A stretch of 64,000 bases of DNA from Anaeromyxobacteraceae bacterium (GTDB taxonomy: Bacteria; Myxococcota; Myxococcia; Myxococcales; Anaeromyxobacteraceae), in assembly GCA_032654565.1 (NCBI GenBank), contig JAULAX010000015.1, positions 800,001 through 864,000 of the forward strand, in the 5' to 3' direction. Below, piece after piece: positions 8,349 through 18,360 of this stretch. Position 1 is the stretch's first letter; every line of letters starts with the position of its first letter. The position numbers were made by a program, and so were the translations under genes. Under the pieces are notes generated by a model. It was not told where the DNA came from. It saw only the letters and a program-made list of their open reading frames with translations, and ran no database searches.

Positions 8349-9812
8349 TCAGGCCGGCGGCGTCGCCTCGGGGAGGGACAGGGTCGCGGTGGTCCCGGCC
8401 TCGAGCCGCGACTCGAGGCGGAGCTCGCCGCCGAGGCTCTCGACCAGGGCCCGGGCCACCGGCAGCCCCAGGCCACTCCCCTTGCCTTCACCCTTGGTGC
8501 TGAAGAAGGGCTCGAAGGCCCGCCGCAGCACCTCGGGGGTCATCCCGCCCCCGTCGTCGGTGACGGTGAGGTGGATGCGTCCGTCCTCGGCGGGGCGGGC
8601 CGCCACCACCACCCGGCCGGCGCGATCCTCGGGGATGGCCTCGGCGGCGTTGCGGAGGAGCGCCGCGAGGACCTGCGCCAGCAGGTCGGGGCGCAGCCTG
8701 GCGTGGAGGTGGGGCGTCCCCTCCAGCCGGAACTCGATCCGCTCGTCGCTCCAGGCGCGGGCGTCGTCGAGGGCCTGGGCGATGACGGCGCCGACCGAGG
8801 CGGTGCCGCCCACGGTGGGGACCGAGGCCAGCCGGCCGGCGTCGACCAGCCGGCGGACCAGGCCGTTGATCCGCTGCATGGCCTCCAGGGCCTCGACCAC
8901 GGTCTCGTGGGCGTCGGCCGGGAGCGAGCCGGCGGCGCAGCACTGCTCGAGGTAGCTCAGGCTGGAGGTGACCACCGAGGCCGGGTTGTTCACCTCGTGG
9001 GCCACGCCGGCGGCGAACTGGCCGAGCGAGGCCAGCTTCTCCGACTGGTGCAGGGCCTCCTGGGCGTCGGCCAGCGCGCCGGTCCGGGCCTCGACCAGCG
9101 CCTCCAGCCGGTCGCGCAGGCCGTGGAGGGCGCGGGCGTCGCGCACGAAGCGCTCGGTGAGCGAGAAGGCCATGGCGCCGATGGGGATGACGAAGCCGAC
9201 GTCGAGCAGGTAGGCGCCCGGGTAGGCCTGGCTGGTCACCAGGGCGTCGTTGACGCCGAGGACGAGCAGGCTGGCGAAGGCCAGGGCGTGGAGCAGGCCG
9301 TGAGGCTGACCCGCCCGCCAGGCCTGCAAGAGCCGCTGGAAGACCACCAGGGCGGCGGCGGTGGCGATGGCGAAGAGCGCCTGGCCAGCCACCGTGGGCA
9401 GCGCTTCCCGGTACTGGCTGGAGAGCCAGGGGATGGACCGCCCTTCGACCAGGTCCTGGAAGGCGACGCCGGGGATGAGGGCGAGGAGGCCGAGGGCGGC
9501 GAGCAGGGCGACAGCGGCGCGCTCGACGCGGCCGGGGCGCCGGCCGGTCCAGGCGTCGACGTAGCGGAACCAGGCCCAGACCTGGAACAGCACCGCGGCC
9601 AGCTGGACGCGGGAGAGGGTCACCACGACCGGGTCGGGCCAGGCCAGCGAGGTGGCGACGTTCCCGAAGGCGTAGGCCGCGGCGCCGAAGGCGATCAGCG
9701 AGAACCAGCGCTGCTCGCCCCACCCCGGGGCCAGGGCGAAGCGACGCGCCATCAGGCCGACGTAGACGGCGATGGCGCCCGCGGCGATGGCGATGGCGGC
9801 GGCGAGGTTCAT
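8349..9812 (-). CDS. Membrane sensor histidine kinase with about 7 N-terminal TM helices
   Basis: SEKLASLG..AAGVAHEVNNP, DDGGGM, FEPFFSTK, GSGLGL; start overlaps rpe stop (ATGA). Confidence 0.93.
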   Translation of the reverse strand: MNLAAAIAIAAGAIAVYVGLMARRFALAPGWGEQRWFSLIAFGAAAYAFGNVATSLAWPDPVVVTLSRVQLAAVLFQVWAWFRYVDAWTGRRPGRVERAAVALLAALGLLALIPGVAFQDLVEGRSIPWLSSQYREALPTVAGQALFAIATAAALVVFQRLLQAWRAGQPHGLLHALAFASLLVLGVNDALVTSQAYPGAYLLDVGFVIPIGAMAFSLTERFVRDARALHGLRDRLEALVEARTGALADAQEALHQSEKLASLGQFAAGVAHEVNNPASVVTSSLSYLEQCCAAGSLPADAHETVVEALEAMQRINGLVRRLVDAGRLASVPTVGGTASVGAVIAQALDDARAWSDERIEFRLEGTPHLHARLRPDLLAQVLAALLRNAAEAIPEDRAGRVVVAARPAEDGRIHLTVTDDGGGMTPEVLRRAFEPFFSTKGEGKGSGLGLPVARALVESLGGELRLESRLEAGTTATLSLPEATPPA

Positions 9813-10483
9813 CGGGCGCGGGGGGCCGCGGCGGCGCGCAGGTCGGCGATGGCGCGGGCGTAGTCCTTCTGGCCGAAGACGGCGGTCCCGGCCACGAAGA
9901 CGTTGGCGCCAGCGGCGGCCACGGCGGCGATGGTCTCCGGCTTGACCCCGCCGTCGACCTGGATCTCCAGCGGCTGCCGGCGGGCGTCGGCCAGGGCGCG
10001 CAGGCGGCGCACCTTCTCGGTGCAGGCGTCGATGTACTTCTGGCCGCCGAAGCCCGGGTTGACGGTCATCAGCAGGATCATCTCGCAGTCGCCGAGCACG
10101 TACTCGACGGCCTCGAGGCCGGTGGAGGGGTTGAGGGCCACGGCGGGGCGGGCGCCGGCGGCGCGGATGGCCTGCAGGGTCCGGTGCAGGTGGGGCGAGG
10201 CCTCGGCGTGGACGCTGATGACGTCGGCGCCCGCCTTGGCGAAGGCCTCCACGTACCGCTCCGGCTCGACGATCATCAGGTGGGCGTCGATGGGGAGCCT
10301 GGTGACCTTGCGGACCGCCTCGACCACCAGCGGGCCGATGGTGATGTTGGGGACGAAGCGGCCGTCCATGACATCGACGTGGATCCAGTCGGCGCCGGCG
10401 GCCTCGACGGCGCGGACCTCCTCGGCGAGGCGGCCGAAGTCGGCGGAGAGGAGGGAGGGGGCGATGCGGATGGGGGGCGCCAT
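9809..10483 (-). CDS. rpe: Ribulose-phosphate 3-epimerase
   Basis: IAPSLLSADF, IHVDVMDGRFVPN, DAHLM, MTVNPGFGGQ, QVDGG. Confidence 0.98.
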   Translation of the reverse strand: MAPPIRIAPSLLSADFGRLAEEVRAVEAAGADWIHVDVMDGRFVPNITIGPLVVEAVRKVTRLPIDAHLMIVEPERYVEAFAKAGADVISVHAEASPHLHRTLQAIRAAGARPAVALNPSTGLEAVEYVLGDCEMILLMTVNPGFGGQKYIDACTEKVRRLRALADARRQPLEIQVDGGVKPETIAAVAAAGANVFVAGTAVFGQKDYARAIADLRAAAAPRAR

Positions 10484-10678
10484 GGCGGCGAGTGTAGCCG
10501 ACCGGGGGAGGGGGCGGCAGCGGCCCTGGGCGGGGGACCCGGAAGGTTCCGGGCGGGGCGTTCCGGCGGAGGGCGACGGAGCGGCGGACGCGCCGCGGAC
10601 CTGTGGGCCGGGGCGCGGACTCGGGAAATCGGGAGGTTGCGAAAAAGCGGCCGCGCCGCGGACCTCCGCGCCCCCTCG

Positions 10679-12040
10679 TCAGCCATTACTCTCGGTCGGG
10701 AAATCGGTCCGGATGATTCTGGCGGCGTAGAAGCCGTCGGCCCCGTGCCGGTGGGGCAGGGTGACCAGGTCGCCCACCCCGTCGAGCATGGCGCGGTCCA
10801 CCTCGGCCGGCGCGGCCTCCCGCCGCCAGCCCTCCGCCAGCATCGCCGCCACCACCCCCGGCCCCTCCACCCGGGAGAGCGAGCAGATGGCGTAGGTCAC
10901 CGGCGCCCCGGCCTTCGCGTACCGCGCCATGGCCCGCAGGATGGACAGCTGCAGCGCCGCCAGCCGCGGCAAATCCTCGGCCAGCCGCCGCTGCTTCAGC
11001 TCCGGGTGGCGCCGCAGCGTCCCCAGCCCGGCGCAGGGGGCGTCCACCAGCACGGCGTCGAAGCTGGCCGGCGCCAGCCCCGGGATGGGCTTCGAGGCGT
11101 CGGCGCAGATCACCGTCACCGCCAGCCCCCGCCGCAGCGCCTCCTGCCGCAGCGCCTCGGCCTTGCGCGGGTGGAGCTCGATGGCCACCACCTCCGACCC
11201 CGGCCCCAGCAGCTCGGCGAGGTGGAAGGCCTTGCCGCCCGGCGCCGCGCAGGCGTCGAGCACCCGGGCGGTGCGGCCGCGCAGGTGCCCGGCCGCCATC
11301 AGCACCGCCGCCTGCGCCCCCTCGTCCTGCACCTGGAACGGCAGCCCGGCCGCCGCCCGGGTCAGGTCGGCCACCGACCCTCCACCCAGCGTCAACCCAT
11401 CCGGCGACCCGGCGCAGCGGCGCGCCTCCATCCCGGCCGCCTGCACCCGCGCCAGCAGCTCGGCGGGCCGGGGCGTGCGGACGGTGAGCGGCGCCGGGCC
11501 GTTCATGGCCGCCGCCAGCGCCAGCGCCTCGTCCGCCCCCAGCCAGGCCACCCACTCCTCGGCCAGCCAGCGCGGCAGCGACTCGGCGGCGGCGATGTGG
11601 CCGGCGGGATCGGAGGCCAGCGGCGGCGGCGGCGGCGGCGGACCGGCCCGCAGCAGGGCCCGGAGCACGGCGTTGATGAAGCCGGCGGCGCGGCCATGCT
11701 CGCTCCCCTTGGCCAGCTCCACGGTCTCGCCGACCGCGGCGTGCGGCGGGGTCTGCATCACCACCAGCTGGTAGGCGCCCATGCGGAGCAGCACCCGGGC
11801 GGCCGGGTCGAGCTGGGCCAGGGGGCGCGAGCAGTGCGGCCCCAGCAGGGCGTCGAGCTGCAGGGTGCGGCGCAGCGTGCCGTAGACCAGCGCCGTGGCC
11901 AGCCCCGCCTCGCGCGGCGGCAGCGCCCCGGCCCGCCCCAGGGCGGCGTCGAGCGCCCGGGAGGCGAAGGCGCCCCCCTCCTCGACGCGCAGGAGCACCT
12001 CGAAGGCGATGCTGCGGGCGCTGGGGGCGAGCGGCGTCAT
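10679..12040 (-). CDS. rsmB: 16S rRNA m5C967 methyltransferase (NusB-like plus Sun domain)
   Basis: LVYGTLR, GFINAVLR, VQDEGAQ, LDACAAPGGK, VDAPCAGLG, YAICSL, DGFY; start at ATG 12040 overlapping fmt stop. Confidence 0.94.
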   Translation of the reverse strand: MTPLAPSARSIAFEVLLRVEEGGAFASRALDAALGRAGALPPREAGLATALVYGTLRRTLQLDALLGPHCSRPLAQLDPAARVLLRMGAYQLVVMQTPPHAAVGETVELAKGSEHGRAAGFINAVLRALLRAGPPPPPPPLASDPAGHIAAAESLPRWLAEEWVAWLGADEALALAAAMNGPAPLTVRTPRPAELLARVQAAGMEARRCAGSPDGLTLGGGSVADLTRAAAGLPFQVQDEGAQAAVLMAAGHLRGRTARVLDACAAPGGKAFHLAELLGPGSEVVAIELHPRKAEALRQEALRRGLAVTVICADASKPIPGLAPASFDAVLVDAPCAGLGTLRRHPELKQRRLAEDLPRLAALQLSILRAMARYAKAGAPVTYAICSLSRVEGPGVVAAMLAEGWRREAAPAEVDRAMLDGVGDLVTLPHRHGADGFYAARIIRTDFPTESNG

Positions 12041-12969
12041 GATCCGAGCACCAGGCCGCCCGCCGGCAGGCCGTTGACGAAGTCGCGCGCCGCCATCCGC
12101 CGCTTCCCCTCCGGCTGGACCTCGAGCAGCTCGAGCGCGGTGCCCCCGCCGCAGGCCACCCGCAGCGCCCCGTCCACCACCACCGCCGCGCCCGGCGGGC
12201 CGTCGTCGGGCCGCCCAACCCGCGCCGCGGCGCGGTGGACCTTCAGGGCCTTGCCGCCCAGCGAGGTGAAGGCCCCGGGCCAGGGGGCGAAGCCGCGGAT
12301 CCGGCAGGCCAGCTGGGCGGCCGGGCGGGTGAAGTCGAGCCGGCCGTGGGCCTTCTCCAGGATGGGGGCCAGGGTCACCGCGGCGGCGTCCTGCCGGACC
12401 GGCACCAGGGCCCCGGCCGCCACCAGCGGCAGGGCCTCGACGATGGCCTCTCCGCCCAGCGCCGCCAGCCGCGGAGACAGCGCCTCGGCGGTCTCCTCGG
12501 GGCCGATGGCCAGGGTGCGCGCCAGCAGGATGTCGCCGGTGTCGAGCCCCTCGTCCATCTGCATGATGGTGACCCCGGTCTCGGCGTCGCCAGAGGCCAC
12601 CGCCCACTGGATGGGGGCGGCGCCCCGCCAGCGCGGCAGCAGCGAGGCGTGGACGTTGAGGGCGCCCAGCGGCGCCAGCGTGAGCAGATCGCGCCCGAGG
12701 ATGCGGCCGTAGGCGGTCACCACCAGCAGGTCCGGGCGCAACGCTCCCAGCGCCGCCGCCAGCGCGCCGTCGCGCACCTTCTCCGGCTGCAGCACCGGCA
12801 CCCCGTGCGCCAGCGCCCAGGCCTTGGTGGCCGGCGCCTTCAGGGCCTGCCCCCGCCCCGCCGGCCGGTCCGGCTGCGCCACCACGGCCAGGAGCTGGTG
12901 TCCGGCCCGCGCCAGCGCCGCCACGGTGGGGACGGCGAACTCGGGCGTGCCCAGGAAGACGAGGCGCAT
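12037..12969 (-). CDS. fmt: Methionyl-tRNA formyltransferase
   Basis: MRLVFLGTPEFAV, QPDRPAGRG, NVHASLLPRWRGAAPIQ, MDEGLDTGD. Confidence 0.98.
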   Translation of the reverse strand: MRLVFLGTPEFAVPTVAALARAGHQLLAVVAQPDRPAGRGQALKAPATKAWALAHGVPVLQPEKVRDGALAAALGALRPDLLVVTAYGRILGRDLLTLAPLGALNVHASLLPRWRGAAPIQWAVASGDAETGVTIMQMDEGLDTGDILLARTLAIGPEETAEALSPRLAALGGEAIVEALPLVAAGALVPVRQDAAAVTLAPILEKAHGRLDFTRPAAQLACRIRGFAPWPGAFTSLGGKALKVHRAAARVGRPDDGPPGAAVVVDGALRVACGGGTALELLEVQPEGKRRMAARDFVNGLPAGGLVLGS

Positions 12970-13067
12970 GCGGCGGATATACGCGGAAGGCGGCGGCGGG
13001 TCGAGCGGGGGGTCGTGGCCCATGACCCGGCCGGCGGGGTACACTCTCCGGCCAAAGGGGATCCAGC

Positions 13068-14630
13068 ATGCGCCCTCTCCGTCACCAGCTCCGCCCCGCC
13101 GCCGTCGCCCTGTTGGTCCTGCTCACCGCCTGCGCCGACCCCAGGGATGTCCAGGGCTGGGCGGAGCGGGCCGCCTCGAGGAACCGGCTCGACGAGAAGC
13201 TGGCGGCGCTGCAGCAGGCCCGCACCGCGCCCGGCGACAAGCGGGCGGCGGTGAAGCCGCTGGCCGAGGTGCTGAAGCAGGCTCCCAGGGCCCGGGCCGA
13301 GGCGGCGCTGATCCTCGGCGAGCTGGGGGACCCGGGGGCGGTGCAGCCGCTCATGGAGGCCATCGACACCTCCGGCAAGCCGGACCGCGACCTCAACGAC
13401 GCCAACCAGAAGATCGCCACCGCGCTCGGCGCCCTGCGCGCTCGCGAGGCCGTCGGCGCCCTGGCCAGGCTCACCACCTCACGTGATCCCTTCACCCAGG
13501 TGGCGGCCATCGACGCCCTCGGGGCCATCGGGGACCCGGCCGGCGTCGACCCGCTGCTGGCGGTGGTCAACGACCCGCAGGGCGAGACCTTCTCCATCAA
13601 GAAGGCGCTGCTGGCGCTGGGGCGCATCGGCGACCCCCGCGCCGCCCCGGCGGTGCTGCGGATGCTCTACGTGGAGTGGCCGGGGGTCTCCTTCTTCGCC
13701 GAGGCCGCCTTCGCCGGCTCGCAGATCGGCCCCCCCATGTCGGCGCCCCTGGCGACGGTGGTGGAGGGCAAGGACCCGGAGCTGGCCAGCTGGGCCGCCT
13801 CCAGGAAGATCCACCCGGCGGCGCTGCGGGCCAAGGCGGCGCAGCTGCTCGGCGACGTGGGCGGCCCCGGGGCCGTGCCGGCCCTCCTCGCCGCGCTCCA
13901 GTACCGCGACGCCGACCCCGCCTTCCAGCTGCTGGTGCGGGTCTTCGCCGCCGAGTCGCTGGGGCGCCTGCGCGCCGCGGCCGCGGTGGCCCCCATCGGC
14001 GCGCTGCTGGCCGGCTCGAGGGATCCCGACGCCCGCGATCGCTACGCCGAGGCGCTGGCCCGCATCGGCGACGGTTCGGCGCTGGCGCCGCTCCGGGCCG
14101 CCGCGGCCACCGGCGGTGACTTCCACCTCAGGGCGGGGCCGCTCGACGCCCTCTCGCTGATCGGCGGCGAGGCGGAGCGGCCGCTGGTGGAGGGGGCCGC
14201 GCAGGCCTGCTCGGCCGGCTGCCCGGCCACCCGCAAGGCCACCCTCGACGGCATGGTGGCCCGGCTGGGGGCGGCCCGGGCCTGCGCCGGCGCCGTGGCC
14301 TGCTGGTCCGGCAAGCTGAACGACCCGCTGGCCGCGGTGCGCGACCGCGCCGCGCTGGAGGTGGGGCGGGCCGGCGACGCGACGGCGGCGGCGCCCCTGG
14401 TCGAGGCGCTGGTCAGGCCGGTGCAGACCGACGCCGAGCTGGCCGCCCGCTACCACGCGGTGCTGGGGCTCGACTGGCTGGCGCGCCGCGCCCCGGTGGG
14501 GCCCAAGGGGGCCGAGCTGGCCGCGTCCATCGACAAGATGGTGGCCGGCGACAAGGGGCGGACGCTCACCGCCGCGGTCAACGAGGACGCGCTGCGGGTG
14601 GCCGCCCGGCTCCGTCGCGGGGCCCCGTAG
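13068..14630 (+). CDS. HEAT/PBS-lyase repeat lipoprotein
   Basis: Lipobox LTAC; repeated ALG.IGD..AV.PL units. Confidence 0.85.
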   Translation: MRPLRHQLRPAAVALLVLLTACADPRDVQGWAERAASRNRLDEKLAALQQARTAPGDKRAAVKPLAEVLKQAPRARAEAALILGELGDPGAVQPLMEAIDTSGKPDRDLNDANQKIATALGALRAREAVGALARLTTSRDPFTQVAAIDALGAIGDPAGVDPLLAVVNDPQGETFSIKKALLALGRIGDPRAAPAVLRMLYVEWPGVSFFAEAAFAGSQIGPPMSAPLATVVEGKDPELASWAASRKIHPAALRAKAAQLLGDVGGPGAVPALLAALQYRDADPAFQLLVRVFAAESLGRLRAAAAVAPIGALLAGSRDPDARDRYAEALARIGDGSALAPLRAAAATGGDFHLRAGPLDALSLIGGEAERPLVEGAAQACSAGCPATRKATLDGMVARLGAARACAGAVACWSGKLNDPLAAVRDRAALEVGRAGDATAAAPLVEALVRPVQTDAELAARYHAVLGLDWLARRAPVGPKGAELAASIDKMVAGDKGRTLTAAVNEDALRVAARLRRGAP

Positions 14631-16377
14631 CGGCGAGCCCCGCCTCCCCGGCGGCGACCCGGGCCCGCACCGCGGCCCCGTGCTGCAGCCGCGCCGCCAC
14701 CCGCGCCCGCAGCGCGCCCCGCCGCCGCTCCACCTCGGCGGGGGTGAGCCCCATGGCGCCGCCCACCAGCCGGTCCAGCGCGCGCTGGGCCGGCCGCGCC
14801 AGCATGGCGGCGAGGTCGGTGGTCACCTCGTCGGTGGCCAGCCGGGGCCGGAGCGCGGCCAGCCGCGGGCCGATCCGCGCCAGCGCCTCCCGCGACGGCA
14901 CCGGCGCCGCCGCCAGCACCCGGCAGTCGACGTCGGCGATGGCCTGGGCGCCGGTCAGCTGCCGCGCCGCCTCGTCGATGGCCAGCCGCACCGGCGTGGC
15001 CGAGAGCACCAGCGAGAGCACCCAGGGCTCGACGCCGCGGGGGAAGAGGGCGTGCCACTTCTTGTCCTCGAGCAGCTCCGCCTGGTTGAGCACCGCGAAG
15101 GCCCGCGCCCCCAGCTTGGCCGGGTAGAGGAGCGGCGCCGGGGCCCGCCCGTTCGCCACCCGCCACCAGGGCGACCGGCCGGCGCAGGTGGGGCGGCGGT
15201 GGACGCCGGCCGCCTCGCCGAGGGCCAGGTAGGCGAGGGCCCGCGCCGAGGGCGGGCCGGAGGGGCGGAAGAGCAGGCGCGAGCTCTCGCAGCGCTCCGG
15301 GGCCCGCGCCTCCTTGAGCGAGAAGAGGAGCGGCGACAGGTCGCCGTCGTCGAGCGCCACCTCGCCGGCCAGCGCCGAGCGGTAGCGGCCGTCGCCGAGG
15401 GGGGCGAGGTGGAAGAACTCGTTGCAGCCGGTCTTCATCCCGAAGCGGACCTCGCAGAGCTCGGAGAGGGGCACGGCGCCGGACGGCGGGGCGGCGGGGC
15501 TGGGACGCCGCAGCCGGGAGGGACCGTGGGCCCCGGGGTCGGCCGACGTCACCAGCGTCATCAGCTCGGCGTCGCCCAGCGCGGCGAGCGGCACGTCGGC
15601 CTCGACCGGCGGGCGCTCCACCGCCCCGGCCACCCAGCAGGTGAGCCAGGTGTCGACCGAGGCGGCGAAGCTGCCGCCGGCGCCGGAGCGCAGCCGCAGC
15701 ACCAGGCCGCCGCGCGCCGCCGCCTCCGACCAGAGCCGGGCGGCCGAGCGGCTCGAGCCGAGCGCCCGGGGCAGCACCAGCGCCACCACCGGGGCGTGGC
15801 GCAGCGCCAGCGCCGCCAGGTGGGCGGAGAGGTCGGCCTGGCGCGGCAGCCCGCTGCGGGCCGCCGCCCGCGCCTTCTGCGCCGGCGGGAGCGCCTCGTG
15901 GCGCAGGAAGGGAGGGTTGCCGATCACCAGGTCGGCCGCCGGCCAGCGGGCGGAGACGGCGTCGGCGCGGCGGAGCAGCGGCTCGGCCCGGAGCAGCCGG
16001 AGCCGGGCCGCGGTGGTCTCGACGGCCAGCGGGGCCACGTCGAGCCCGAGGAGCCGGAGCCGGGCCCGGTGCGGGTGGGCCAGCCGCTCGGCCGCCACCA
16101 GCAGCGCCCCGGCGCCGCAGGCGAAGTCGAGGACCCGGGCGCCATCGAGCGCCCGCCCCAGCGCCGCCGAGCGCCGCCCGGAGAGGAGCGCGCCGAGCGC
16201 CGCCGCCACCGAGGGACCGCCGCGCCGCGCCGCCAGGTGGGCCAGGGCGAAGGCGGCCAGCAGCCGCGCCTCGGGCGCCGGCGTGAAGACGGCGCCGCGC
16301 TCCCCGTCCAGGGCCACGGCGCACCGGCGCTCCAGCGCGGCGTCGGTGAGGCCCGGCGTTCGGGGCGGCGGGCTCAG
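14578..16377 (-). CDS. Amino-DNA methyltransferase, gamma-class order (TaqI/Eco57I-like), orphan
   Basis: GAVFTP, VLDFACGAG, DLVIGNPPF, C-terminal LSELCEVRFGMKTGCNEFF; start uncertain (CTG 16377 overlapping ddpX stop, or GTG 16317). Confidence 0.8.
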   Translation of the reverse strand: MSPPPRTPGLTDAALERRCAVALDGERGAVFTPAPEARLLAAFALAHLAARRGGPSVAAALGALLSGRRSAALGRALDGARVLDFACGAGALLVAAERLAHPHRARLRLLGLDVAPLAVETTAARLRLLRAEPLLRRADAVSARWPAADLVIGNPPFLRHEALPPAQKARAAARSGLPRQADLSAHLAALALRHAPVVALVLPRALGSSRSAARLWSEAAARGGLVLRLRSGAGGSFAASVDTWLTCWVAGAVERPPVEADVPLAALGDAELMTLVTSADPGAHGPSRLRRPSPAAPPSGAVPLSELCEVRFGMKTGCNEFFHLAPLGDGRYRSALAGEVALDDGDLSPLLFSLKEARAPERCESSRLLFRPSGPPSARALAYLALGEAAGVHRRPTCAGRSPWWRVANGRAPAPLLYPAKLGARAFAVLNQAELLEDKKWHALFPRGVEPWVLSLVLSATPVRLAIDEAARQLTGAQAIADVDCRVLAAAPVPSREALARIGPRLAALRPRLATDEVTTDLAAMLARPAQRALDRLVGGAMGLTPAEVERRRGALRARVAARLQHGAAVRARVAAGEAGLAATGPRDGAGRPPAARPR

Positions 16378-17087
16378 GGGCGAGCCCCGGGGAGGTGCGG
16401 GGCGGGAGTCGGCGTGAGCGGCGAGGCGGGCGACGGTTCGATCGACGGAGCGGGCGGAGCCTGGAGCGGCCCGTCGAGCGGCTGGTCGAGGAGCGGCAGG
16501 GCCGCCGCGCCCGGGGCGTCGAAGTGCCACCACTCCATGGGGTTCACGGCGAAGCCGGCCTCGGCCATGGCCACTCGCAGCAGGTCGCGGTGGCGGCGGG
16601 CCGGGCGGCTCACCCCCTCGGTGGCCCAGGCGCGGGCGCGCGGGCCGAAGTCGTCGAACCCCGTCGGCATCTCCACCGGCGCCCCGGCCAGGTCGGCGAG
16701 TGACAGGTCGACGGCGGCGGCCCGGTTGTGGTGCGAGCCGGTGGCGGGATCGGCCACGTAACCGCGCCTCGGCATCGCCTTCCAGAGCTGCCGCTGCACC
16801 GAGAGCGGCCGGTAGCAGTCGAAGAGCACCAGGCGGAACCCCTGCCCGCGCAGCGCCGCCGCGGCCCGGCCGAGCCGGTCGGCCACCGCGGGGAGGAGCA
16901 GGCAGCGGGCCACCGGGTAGAGCGGACGGCCGACGAAGTTGTCGGCGGTGGCGTAGCGCAGGTCGAGCACCGCGTCGGGGAGCCGGGCCCCCACGTCGGC
17001 CAGCCCGGCCGGCGCCGGCGGCGCGATCGGTGCGGTCGGCAAGAGCGGCGCGGCGGCCAGCAGGAGCGCGGCGAGGAGCGGGGGCAC
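16374..17087 (-). CDS. ddpX: D-alanyl-D-alanine dipeptidase (M15D, VanX/DdpX family), exported
   Basis: LRYATADNFVG, FDCYRP, SHHNRAAAVDL, GFDDF, EWWHFD; signal peptide; alternative start ATG 17123. Confidence 0.92.
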   Translation of the reverse strand: MPPLLAALLLAAAPLLPTAPIAPPAPAGLADVGARLPDAVLDLRYATADNFVGRPLYPVARCLLLPAVADRLGRAAAALRGQGFRLVLFDCYRPLSVQRQLWKAMPRRGYVADPATGSHHNRAAAVDLSLADLAGAPVEMPTGFDDFGPRARAWATEGVSRPARRHRDLLRVAMAEAGFAVNPMEWWHFDAPGAAALPLLDQPLDGPLQAPPAPSIEPSPASPLTPTPAPHLPGARP

Positions 17088-17217
17088 GGTGCGGATGATA
17101 CGCGGGGCGGGGAGGCCGTGCATGCCGACCTCCTCCGCACTCACCGGAGCGCCGCCGCCGTGAAGCTCGCGAGCACGGCGTCGGAGCGGGACAGCTGGGC
17201 GACGGGCGGCCGGACCG

Positions 17218-18030
17218 CTAGGGGAGGTCCGCGCCCAGCCCACCGAGCCGCCCGGCGTGGGCGTAGACGTTCATCCGCCCGTCGCGCACGAAGGCGCAGA
17301 GCGTGACGCCGGCCGCCTCGGCCACCGCCACCGCCAGGGTGGTGGGGGCGGAGACGCAGGCCACCACCGGCACGCCGGTCCGCGCCGCCTTCTGCACGAT
17401 CTCGAAGCCGCCCCGGCCGCTCATGGAGAGCACCGCCGGGAGCGGCGCCCGGCCGGCGGCCCGCTGCAGCAGGAGCGCCCCCACCACCTTGTCCACCGCG
17501 TTGTGGCGCCCCACGTCCTCGTGCTCGGCCACCAGCGCGCCGGCCAGGTCGGTGAGCGCCGCGGCGTGGGTGCCGCCGGTGGCCTCGAAGGTGGGCTGCC
17601 CACGGCGGAGCCGGTCCACCGCGGCGGAGACCACGCCGACCGGGATGGTGGGGCCGGCGGGCAGCGGCGCGATCCCGGCCAGCAGGTCCTCCACCGCGCT
17701 GCGCCCGCAGACGCCGCAGGCCGACGTGGTGATCCCGCCGCGGCGGGAGGTGTCGAGCCGGGCCCAGTCGATGGTGGCGCCGGAGGCCGGCGCCACGTCG
17801 ATGACGTTGCCGTAGCCCGGGTCCCCGGTCCGGCCGCAGTGGAAGACGGCGCTGGCGTCCTCGGCGCGACGGATGATCCCCTCGCCGAAGAGGAAGCCGA
17901 GCGCCAGCCGGTGGTCGTCGCCCGGCGTGCGCATGATCACCGCCACGGTCTCGCCGCCCAGCCGGATCTCGAGCGGCTCCTCGACCGCCACCAGGTCCTC
18001 CACCAGGCCGGACGCTCCCAGACGGAGCAC
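17218..18030 (-). CDS. fdhD: Formate dehydrogenase accessory sulfurtransferase
   Basis: VAVEEPLEI, MRTPG, SACGVCG, TGGTHAA, EDVGRHNAVDK, SAPT; start uncertain (GTG 18030 chosen). Confidence 0.93.
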   Translation of the reverse strand: MLRLGASGLVEDLVAVEEPLEIRLGGETVAVIMRTPGDDHRLALGFLFGEGIIRRAEDASAVFHCGRTGDPGYGNVIDVAPASGATIDWARLDTSRRGGITTSACGVCGRSAVEDLLAGIAPLPAGPTIPVGVVSAAVDRLRRGQPTFEATGGTHAAALTDLAGALVAEHEDVGRHNAVDKVVGALLLQRAAGRAPLPAVLSMSGRGGFEIVQKAARTGVPVVACVSAPTTLAVAVAEAAGVTLCAFVRDGRMNVYAHAGRLGGLGADLP

Positions 18031-18125
18031 CGGGAGCGGCGCCGACTTGCGGCGCGAGGGGGGCCGGGCGGGGATGGTGATGCCGGGGGGCAAGGCGGCG
18101 GATGCTGGCAGGTCGATCCGCGCGG

Positions 18126-18360
18126 CGTCAAGGAGTGCGTCGAACAGCGTCAGGAGCACTGGAGATGTCCGCCCCATAAGCACTCACGGATGTCCGCTTC
18201 TCAGGGGCCACCGGATAAGCCGGGTCAATGACCTGGGACGATCGACGGGTGGCCAGAGAGGCGAAGGCCATGACGCGGCAGGAATTCATCATGAAGGCGG
18301 CCGAGGGGCGCTTCACGTGGATCCAGGCGGCGGAGATCCTGCGCCTGGACCCGCGCCACC
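18126..18360 (+). pseudogene. Remnant of an ISNCY/IS1202-like element: left end plus first ~44 codons of transposase
   Basis: MTRQEFIMKAAEGRFTWIQAAEILRLDPRH resembles the N-terminal HTH of these transposases; upstream direct repeats AGCACT-N4/5-ATGTCCGC at 18155-18172 and 18179-18197; no DDE domain follows; left boundary approximate. Confidence 0.6.
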
